From: Cyanobacteria bacterium J06626_4 | GTDB taxonomy: Bacteria; Cyanobacteriota; Cyanobacteriia; Phormidesmidales; Phormidesmidaceae | Assembly (NCBI GenBank): GCA_038523235.1 | Contig: JBCBJQ010000142.1 | Coordinates: 1-12,749, forward strand | Direction of reading: 5' to 3' | Length of the DNA stretch: 12,749 bases | Shown here: piece after piece, positions 5,955 through 12,749 of the stretch | Position numbering within the stretch: position 1 is the first letter of the stretch | Layout of the letters: every line of letters starts with the position of its first letter | Notes under the pieces: model-generated | Database searches by the model: none | What the model was told of the DNA's origin: nothing | What the model saw: only the letters and a program-made list of their open reading frames with translations | Translations under genes and position numbers: made by a program

Positions 5955-8840
5955 ATGAACTTTCTACTCACGAACCTGGTTAACCTGATCATCGGCGAAA
6001 TCTTTGAGAATGCACCGGGCATTCAGAACCTTGGCGATATTCTGTTCGGCAGTGCCGGCGACGATCAGATTCAAGGCGATGACCAAGATGATCTGATTTT
6101 TGCCGGGCAGGGGGACGACACGATTGCGGCGGGGGGCGGCAACGACTTTGTTGTGGCGGGCTCAGGCGACGACATCGTAGTCGGTCAAACTGGCAGCGAC
6201 GTTGCCCTCTTGGGCGCCGGCGATGACCGCTTCATCTGGAATAACGGCGACGGCAGCGACTTTATCAACGGCGGCGCAGGCAAAGATGTGACTGAGGTCA
6301 ACGGTGCTGATGGCGCGGGCGATGAATTTGACTTAGCTCAGGTCAACGGACAGACCCTTTTCAACCGCCTCAATCTAGGGCAGTTCACCCTGACCAATGA
6401 ACGTGTTGAAAAATTTGAGATTAACGGCCAAGGGGGCGACGACTCCCTCACCGTGGGCGATTTGACCGGCAGTTCGGTGAAAAAGGTGGTGTTCTCGGGT
6501 GGTGAGGGCAACGATACGCTCGATGCGACCGCTAGCAGCACGGCGATCAAAGCCTTCGGCGGTGCCGGCGATGACCTACTGTTGGGAGGTTCTGCCGTTG
6601 ACACGTTTAGGGCTGGGTCAGGCGACGACACTGTGGTCGGCCAGCGCGGTGATGATATTGCCTACCTCGGCGCAGGACATGACCGTTTCATCTGGAATAA
6701 CGGTGACGGCAGCGACTTCATCAACGGCGGCCGGGGCTTTGACGTGACTGAGGTCAACGGCGCTGATGGCGCGGGCGACGAATTCGACCTGGCGGCGGTC
6801 AATGGTCAGGCGATCTTTAACCGGCTCAATCTCGGACTCTTCACCCTGACCAACGAGAAAATTGAGCAGTTTGAAATCAATGGTCAAGGCGGCGATGACT
6901 CCCTCACCGTCGGCGATCTGACCGACAGCACCGTCGAGAAGGTCGTATTCTCGGGCGGCGACGGCAACGATACCCTGGATGCCACAGCCAGCAGCACGGC
7001 GATCGAAGCGTTGGGCGGCGACGGCGACGATCTGTTACTCGGCGGTTCTGCGATCGATACTTTTTATGCAGGTGCTGGCGATGATGTCGTTGTGGGTCAA
7101 CGCGGTAACGACATTGCTTATCTCGAAGCTGGGCATGACCGTTTTATCTGGAACAACGGCGATGGCAGCGACTTCATCAATGGCGGTGCTGGCTTCGATG
7201 TGACTGAGGTCAACGGCGCTGATGGCGCAGGCGATGAATTTGACCTCGCTACGGTCAATGGTCAAGCGATCTTCAACCGGCTCAATCTAGGACTCTTTAC
7301 CTTGACCAATGAAGAGATTGAGCAGTTCGAAATCAATGGTCAAGGCGGTGATGACTCCCTCACCGTGGGTGATCTGACTAACAGCACCGTCGAAAAGGTC
7401 GTATTTTCGGGTGGCGACGGCAACGATACCCTCGATGCGACGGCTAGCAGCACAGCCATCGAAGCTTTTGGTGGCGACGGCGATGATCTGTTACTCGGCG
7501 GTTCCGCAGTCGATACCTTTTATGCCGGGGCGGGCGACGACACGGTGGTCGGCCAGCGCGGCAACGACATCGCTTACCTGGAAGAAGGGCATGACCGTTT
7601 TATCTGGAACAACGGCGACGGCAGCGACTTCATCAATGGCGGTGAAGGCTTTGACGTGACTGAGGTCAACGGCGCTGATGGCGCGGGCGATGAATTCGAC
7701 CTGGCGGCGGTGGATGGTCAGGCGATTTTCAACCGTCTGAACTTAGGACTCTTTACCCTGACCAATGAGGAGATTGAGCAGTTCGAAATCAATGGCCAAG
7801 GCGGCGATGACTCCCTCACCGTGGGCGATCTGACCGACAGCACCGTCGAAAAAGTCGTCTTCTCCGGGGGTGACGGCAACGATACCCTCGATGCGCGAGA
7901 AAGTTCAACTGCCATTGAAGCCTTTGGTGGCGACGGCGATGACCTCCTATTGGGCGGTTCCGCAGTGGATACCTTTTTTGCTGGGGCAGGCGATGACATC
8001 GTGGTTGGTCAACGCGGTGACGACATTGCTTATCTGGAGGAAGGCGATGACCGCTTCATCTGGAACAACGGTGACGGCAGCGACTTCATCAACGGCGGTG
8101 AGGGCTTCGACGTGACTCAGGTCAATGGTGCCGATGGCGCAGGCGACGAATTTGACCTCAGAGCAGTGGATGGTCAAGCCATCTTTAATCGTCTGAACTT
8201 GGGACTCTTCACCCTAACGAATGAGGAAATCGAGCAGTTTGAAATCAATGGTCAAGGGGGCGATGACTCCTTCACCGTGGGCGATCTGACTGGCAGCACA
8301 GTAGAATCAGTCGTGTTTTCCGGGGGCGACGGCAACGATTTCCTCAATGCCAGCGGCACCTCCACGCCGATTGTGGCGGACGGTGGCGATGGCGATGACA
8401 TCCTCATTGGCGGCGCTGGCGATGACATCCTCATTGGCGGCGGGGGTGCCGACTTGCTGATTGGGGGCGGGGGTAACAACATCCTCATTGGCGGTGATGG
8501 GACCGACTTCTTTGGCTTTGACGTCGATCTCGCTCCGGGAGCACAAGGCACTAACTCAATTCAAAACTTTGGTGCCGAAGACAGCATCTTACTGGACATG
8601 AGTCTCTTCGCAGCTTTGACCAACATGGGTGATGGCACACTGGCCGCTGACGAATTTGCGGTGGTTAACAGTGCCGAAGAGGCAGCGCTGAGCACAGCCA
8701 AAATCATCTACGGCGCGACTACTGGGGCACTGTACTACAACCCAAATGGTAGTGAAGAGGGCTTTGGCAATGGGGCTCAGATTGCCACCATTGAAGGTGC
8801 ACCCACGCTCGATGCCGAGAGCTTTACCCTACAAGCCTAA
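5955..8840 (+). CDS. Large RTX/hemolysin-type Ca2+-binding repeat protein, probable type I secretion substrate
   Basis: Many GGxGxDxLx nonapeptides, very acidic, no signal peptide. C-terminal IIYGATTGALYYNPNGS...GAQIATI domain. RBS GGAG upstream. Confidence 0.92.
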   Translation: MNFLLTNLVNLIIGEIFENAPGIQNLGDILFGSAGDDQIQGDDQDDLIFAGQGDDTIAAGGGNDFVVAGSGDDIVVGQTGSDVALLGAGDDRFIWNNGDGSDFINGGAGKDVTEVNGADGAGDEFDLAQVNGQTLFNRLNLGQFTLTNERVEKFEINGQGGDDSLTVGDLTGSSVKKVVFSGGEGNDTLDATASSTAIKAFGGAGDDLLLGGSAVDTFRAGSGDDTVVGQRGDDIAYLGAGHDRFIWNNGDGSDFINGGRGFDVTEVNGADGAGDEFDLAAVNGQAIFNRLNLGLFTLTNEKIEQFEINGQGGDDSLTVGDLTDSTVEKVVFSGGDGNDTLDATASSTAIEALGGDGDDLLLGGSAIDTFYAGAGDDVVVGQRGNDIAYLEAGHDRFIWNNGDGSDFINGGAGFDVTEVNGADGAGDEFDLATVNGQAIFNRLNLGLFTLTNEEIEQFEINGQGGDDSLTVGDLTNSTVEKVVFSGGDGNDTLDATASSTAIEAFGGDGDDLLLGGSAVDTFYAGAGDDTVVGQRGNDIAYLEEGHDRFIWNNGDGSDFINGGEGFDVTEVNGADGAGDEFDLAAVDGQAIFNRLNLGLFTLTNEEIEQFEINGQGGDDSLTVGDLTDSTVEKVVFSGGDGNDTLDARESSTAIEAFGGDGDDLLLGGSAVDTFFAGAGDDIVVGQRGDDIAYLEEGDDRFIWNNGDGSDFINGGEGFDVTQVNGADGAGDEFDLRAVDGQAIFNRLNLGLFTLTNEEIEQFEINGQGGDDSFTVGDLTGSTVESVVFSGGDGNDFLNASGTSTPIVADGGDGDDILIGGAGDDILIGGGGADLLIGGGGNNILIGGDGTDFFGFDVDLAPGAQGTNSIQNFGAEDSILLDMSLFAALTNMGDGTLAADEFAVVNSAEEAALSTAKIIYGATTGALYYNPNGSEEGFGNGAQIATIEGAPTLDAESFTLQA
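6156..8435 (+). repeat. Five intragenic tandem repeats of 456 bp (152 aa)
   Basis: FIWNNGDGSDFINGG codons begin at 6231, 6687, 7143, 7599 and 8055, an exact 456-nt period. Confidence 0.95.
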
Positions 8841-8859
8841 GTGGCTGAAACGGTTCCAG

Positions 8860-8918
8860 ATCCCCGGTTTCTTAGTCACAGCCTTGAGGTGAGCGATATT
8901 TCGACAGAAACCGGGGAT
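8860..8918. repeat. 13-bp inverted repeat after the RTX gene (dispersed palindrome or terminator-like)
   Basis: ATCCCCGGTTTCT 8860-8872 / AGAAACCGGGGAT 8906-8918, with a T-rich run shortly after. Confidence 0.6.
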
Positions 8919-8964
8919 TAAGCATCTTTTTTGCATTGTGATTAAGACACATAGCACTGATAAC

Positions 8965-9017
8965 GTTGAATCAGATCGCCCCTTTGGTTCCTAAATCTTG
9001 AGGCGATCGGATTCAAC
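8965..9017. repeat. 16-bp imperfect inverted repeat
   Basis: GTTGAATCAGATCGCC 8965-8980 / GGCGATCGGATTCAAC 9002-9017, 15/16 complementary. Confidence 0.6.
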
Positions 9018-9084
9018 ATTATTGATCAGGATTCATGAATGCCAAGTGACCCTGCGGCAGGATGACTGGGGTTTCAGGTTCATA

Positions 9085-9303
9085 GATGTAGCGGCAGGGT
9101 GGGTAGCCCAAGGGGGATGAACGGCAGTGAGACTGCAGCATTGCCCCGATTCAGACAACCGGGCTTCACCCAACTGGGTGAGGTGATATCACCTAGCCGT
9201 AGGTGTCACGTAATGACGACTCACTGGCATTCTATGAAACGTGATGGGCTAGCAGCGCGGTTTTGCCCTCGGAAAAGCTCTCAACCTAGAGGTCTCAGAC
9301 ATC
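9085..9303 (+). ncRNA. Candidate structured RNA resembling an IS110-family non-coding end (bridge-RNA-like), no recombinase adjacent
   Basis: Stems TCACCC/GGGTGA (9166-9181), CTAGCC 9193 / GGCTAG 9247 enclosing TCACGT 9206 / ACGTGA 9239, long-range CAGTGAG 9125 / CTCACTG 9220, closing GATGT 9085 / ACATC 9299. The family resemblance is from memory only. Confidence 0.4.
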
Positions 9304-9310
9304 AATCAAA

Positions 9311-10339
9311 ATGTACCATCCCAGACTCTACGGCAGTTTTTATGACATGGGCTTCAAGTACGGCAGCCTACTATTCCAGAAAAATATTCAATTTCCTGCC
9401 ATCCCGGCAGAAAACATTGAGTTTGGGGCTCAATGCTATCAAGAAGTTCAACAGTTCTATCCTGATTTGATGCCAGAGTTTCAGGGGTTTGCCAAAGGCT
9501 GGCAAGTAGACGAAGCCCGTTTGGGCGCTTTTGTCTCTGGCTTAGGCGTGTTTGATACGACGGGCAAATGTAGCGTATTCGCCTATCGCAATCAGGATTC
9601 AGTGATTTTTGGGCGCAATTATGACATGCTCTTTGAGTTCAAAAAGCTGACCGAAAGCTGCCTGATCGCCCCTGCCGAAAAGTTTGCCTACATCAGCCAG
9701 TCCGATGTTTTTATTGGTCGGTGCGATGGCATTAATGAACAAGGACTGGCGATCGCCCTATCGTTCGTCAATGGCACCACTATTCAACCAGGAGTCACGT
9801 TTCACTTTGTGATTAGAAAGGTGCTAGAGACGTGTAAAAACGTTGATGAGGCGATCGCGGTTATTCAAAGTGCCAAAGTAGCCTCCGCCAATAATTTTTT
9901 AATTGCCGACGCAACGGGCAATATCGCCGTCGTAGAAACGGCACCGCAAAGCAGCACTGTCAGGTATCCCCCAGCTAGCGATAACTTCATCTGCATCACC
10001 AATCAGTTTGAGACGGCCAACATGGCACCTTTTGATCAAGGGGGCATCGACTGGTGCCAGCCCCAAGAGCGCTACCGGAGACTGTATGACTGCCTGGAAG
10101 CAACCTCGCAGATGGACTTGAGCAAAGCCAAAACTATCTTGTCTGATAGTTCAATTTGTTTGGATTTGAAGTCGGAAAAATTTGGCACGATTTGGTCAAT
10201 CGTTGCCAACCTGAATGAATTAAACATCGAAAGAGCTGAGGGCAAACCCAAAGTAAAAAACTATCAGCCTGAGCCTCGACTGGCTTGGTGGCTCAAGAAA
10301 AGAGGATCGGCGAAAACCAAAAAAGCAAAGCTCGTCTGA
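9311..10339 (+). CDS. C45-family Ntn-hydrolase (autoproteolytic acyltransferase/peptidase)
   Basis: Candidate cleavage/nucleophile site TGK-CSVF, plus FGRNYD, DGINEQGLAI, NFLIADATG and ICITNQF. Confidence 0.88.
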   Translation: MYHPRLYGSFYDMGFKYGSLLFQKNIQFPAIPAENIEFGAQCYQEVQQFYPDLMPEFQGFAKGWQVDEARLGAFVSGLGVFDTTGKCSVFAYRNQDSVIFGRNYDMLFEFKKLTESCLIAPAEKFAYISQSDVFIGRCDGINEQGLAIALSFVNGTTIQPGVTFHFVIRKVLETCKNVDEAIAVIQSAKVASANNFLIADATGNIAVVETAPQSSTVRYPPASDNFICITNQFETANMAPFDQGGIDWCQPQERYRRLYDCLEATSQMDLSKAKTILSDSSICLDLKSEKFGTIWSIVANLNELNIERAEGKPKVKNYQPEPRLAWWLKKRGSAKTKKAKLV

Positions 10340-10371
10340 CTATCTTTAAATATTCTTTCTATTTTGCCATC

Positions 10372-10800
10372 ATGGTTCAATTCATTTCCAGATTAAATAC
10401 TCTCAATCCCGTCTTGCTTGTGCCTGTAACTTTGATTGGATTGGTGGGAATTTTGTTGCTTTCACGTCGACGCTTTAAGCAAGAGACCAACTTAATCAAG
10501 CAGGAGTTGCAATGGTTTCAGCTGAACCTGATATTGCTATCAGTCTTTATCGTCACTGCTGGCACCACCGTTTTTTTCTTGAACAGAAACCTTGACACGT
10601 TTGGCTATCCTGCCACCGTTGACGATGTTCAAACCCCAGCCCAAGTGTTGGAGTATTTGCAGCAATATAATCGCGCGATCGCCACTAATACCTATGCTTT
10701 GATTTGGTTTCTCTATGCCTTTGTCCTTTGGTTTTTGACTTCGCTCTATGCCTTTGCCCAAGTCATTGCCACCGGCCTATGGCGTCGCTCAATAAAATAA
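10372..10800 (+). CDS. Hypothetical membrane protein (about three transmembrane segments)
   Basis: Three hydrophobic stretches. ATG 10372 avoids overlap with the upstream gene; the ORF track starts at 10285. Confidence 0.7.
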   Translation: MVQFISRLNTLNPVLLVPVTLIGLVGILLLSRRRFKQETNLIKQELQWFQLNLILLSVFIVTAGTTVFFLNRNLDTFGYPATVDDVQTPAQVLEYLQQYNRAIATNTYALIWFLYAFVLWFLTSLYAFAQVIATGLWRRSIK

Positions 10801-10944
10801 CCGCTGCCCTGCCCATGCTCCGTGATCGGGCTCCCAACACAATTGGGGCAACGCCGGGGAGCAGAGGGGCAAGGGGGCCAGATTGATCGTCTTGTTTCAA
10901 AAAATCGGTGTCAGAACTTCCGTATCATCTTCAAATAAAAATAA

Positions 10945-12462
10945 ATGACGATCTTCAAATATTTAGCGACGGTGCTTGCTGCCGCTTCAGTAGAGGTGAT
11001 TTTGCCGCCCATCGCAATCGCGACGATTGCTCCCAATCAACCCTTTAAAGACCCATCGGTGAATGCGATCGCCCAACCAGAGCCGACCCGACTAACTACC
11101 CTGTCTGAGCAATTCATCATGCCTCCTGCTGCCAGCAACACTATTGCCACAAATGCTTCCTTAACTGCCGAGATGGCTGCCTATTTGCAGGCTCACTATG
11201 AAACTGGCCGGTTCATGGGTACCGTAATCGTTATGCAGAATGGCGAAACAGTTTTTGCCCAGAGCTACGGCATGGCCAGCCTAGAGCATCAGGTGCCAAA
11301 TACGCCCCAGACCAAATTTCGCATTGGCTCCATCACGAAACAATTCACTGCCGCCGCCATCTTGCAGCTGCAGGATCGAGGGCAGCTAGACGTGCAGGCT
11401 CCCATTTCCACCTACTTGCCCGACTATCCCCAAGGCGATCACATCACTCTGCACCACCTGCTCACCCACACCGCTGGCATTCCCAATCTGACCAGCTTTC
11501 CTGACTATCTGGAATGGATGCAGCAGCCCACTACCCTAGAGGAACTGGTTGCCCGCTTTCAAGATTTACCCCTGGAGTTTGAACCGGGAGAGCAGCATCG
11601 CTACAGCAATTCTGGATATGTGCTGCTGACGCAAATCATCGAAACTGTCTCAGGTCAAACCTATGCCGACTATTTGCAAGAGCATTTGTTCATGCCCTTA
11701 GGACTGGAAAATACCGGTTATGAACAGCCCTTGGCCGTGATTAATCATCTGGCAAATGGCTACCAGTTTACCGGCGAAGACTATCAACAGGCAGAATACA
11801 TCAACATGGCAGTACCCACTGGGGCGGGGGCGCTGTATTCGACCGTGGGTGATTTAGTGCGTTGGCACCAGTTTTTGGCCGATGCGGATAATCGTCCACC
11901 CGGCATCCTCAGCGATGCCGTCATTGCCGCGATGCAGCACCCGCATGTAGCTTTAGGCGAAAACGCTAACGGCGCGTCCTATGGCTATGGCCTCATGATT
12001 GGTAAGCAGGGCTTTATTGCCCACGGCGGCGGCATCAACGGCTTTGCTAGTTACCTGGGCAGCCTGCCAAATCAAGGCATCACCGTTGCCATCCTCAGTA
12101 ATGTGCCCAATGCCAATCCTCCCATTATGGCCGAGGACTTACTCGCCATTCTGCAGGGCCAGCCAGCCCGACTGCCCGCGAACGAAACGGCCATGACCCT
12201 GGCCCCCGAAGTCTTAGAGCGCTATGTCGGCACCTACCAGGTGTTCCCCGAATTTCAGGTCGTCCTCACTGTCGAGTCAGGACAGCTCCACCTGCAAGGC
12301 ACCGGACAGCCCAAGATTCCGCTGTATGCCGCATCAGAGAGGGAATTTTTTGCTCGCGTCCTAGAGTTTCGGATCGTTTTCAACACTGCTACTGATGGCT
12401 CCGTGGAAAGCGCCACCCTGCTCCAAAATGGGCAAGAATTACCCGCGCCCAAAGTTGACTAA
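10945..12462 (+). CDS. Serine hydrolase, beta-lactamase/AmpC-like family, with C-terminal DUF3471-like domain; probably exported
   Basis: SxxK (GSITK), LLTHTAG, YxN (YSN), HGG (AHGGGINGF), C-terminal LERYVGTY. Signal-like N-terminus. Confidence 0.92.
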   Translation: MTIFKYLATVLAAASVEVILPPIAIATIAPNQPFKDPSVNAIAQPEPTRLTTLSEQFIMPPAASNTIATNASLTAEMAAYLQAHYETGRFMGTVIVMQNGETVFAQSYGMASLEHQVPNTPQTKFRIGSITKQFTAAAILQLQDRGQLDVQAPISTYLPDYPQGDHITLHHLLTHTAGIPNLTSFPDYLEWMQQPTTLEELVARFQDLPLEFEPGEQHRYSNSGYVLLTQIIETVSGQTYADYLQEHLFMPLGLENTGYEQPLAVINHLANGYQFTGEDYQQAEYINMAVPTGAGALYSTVGDLVRWHQFLADADNRPPGILSDAVIAAMQHPHVALGENANGASYGYGLMIGKQGFIAHGGGINGFASYLGSLPNQGITVAILSNVPNANPPIMAEDLLAILQGQPARLPANETAMTLAPEVLERYVGTYQVFPEFQVVLTVESGQLHLQGTGQPKIPLYAASEREFFARVLEFRIVFNTATDGSVESATLLQNGQELPAPKVD

Positions 12463-12541
12463 GGCCAAGATTGAGGGCGTGATTTCAACAAGGGTCAGTC
12501 GATTGGATCATGCCTGCAGCCATGATGGCACTTGGCCCCTG

Positions 12542-12748
12542 CTAACGCAGTGGAATCTGAATCAGAAATTCCGTCCCCTGACCAGACTGTGAGAAGCACT
12601 CTAGTTTGCCACCATGTCTTTCAACAATAATTTGATGACTAATCGACAACCCCATGCCAGTTCCTTTCCCGATCGGTTTAGTCGTGAAAAAAGGTTGGAA
12701 AATTTGTTGTCTGACGACTTCAGGAATTCCTACACCATTGTCGGCAAT
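12542..12748 (-). CDS. Sensor histidine kinase, 3' end (HATPase_c domain); gene begins beyond the window
   Basis: My translation, not in the ORF track: [68 protein letters not shown]. It contains the G1, F and G2 boxes. Confidence 0.95.
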   Translation of the reverse strand: MADNGVGIPEVVRQQIFQPFFTTKPIGKGTGMGLSISHQIIVERHGGKLECFSQSGQGTEFLIQIPLR

Positions 12749-12749
12749 G

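Noticed and set aside
6338..8551. Many short alternative-frame and antisense ORFs within the RTX gene
   Set aside because: Shadows of the GC-rich repetitive coding sequence; they recur with the 456-bp period.
9099..9470. 123-aa ORF over the structured segment
   Set aside because: Overlaps the C45 gene out of frame and has no motifs; the region is better explained as structured non-coding sequence.
12614..12749. Plus-strand ATG frame open to the window end
   Set aside because: Antisense to a clear histidine kinase C-terminus.

Overview
Probably cyanobacterial DNA: I count 11 HIP1 GCGATCGC octamers, all after nt 2965, and there is a CP12 gene. The first ~4 kb is an integron-like gene-cassette region with no integrase in the window. 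It has five attC-type hairpins (168-251, 1407-1490, 1954-2053, degenerate 2889-~2964, 3945-4031). The core site (GTT...) at the start of each cassette is complementary to the inverse core site at its own end. The cassettes are: a 135-bp gene-less cassette, a divergent MarR + SRPBCC pair, a DUF6958-like gene, an alpha/beta hydrolase and a RimJ/RimL GNAT. They follow two related non-attC entry sites ending ...AATAAATA-GTT (71-116, truncated; 3177-3320, preceded by three 41-bp palindromic tandem units), which I interpret as attI-like sites. The rest of the window holds a shikimate-kinase-like P-loop gene, small palindromic repeats/MITE-like elements, an atypical CP12, and a 961-aa RTX protein with five 152-aa repeats. 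It also holds a ~220-nt structured non-coding segment resembling an IS110 non-coding end without its recombinase, a C45 Ntn-hydrolase, a small membrane protein, a beta-lactamase-family serine hydrolase and the 3' end of a histidine kinase. All calls are by eye; no searches were run.
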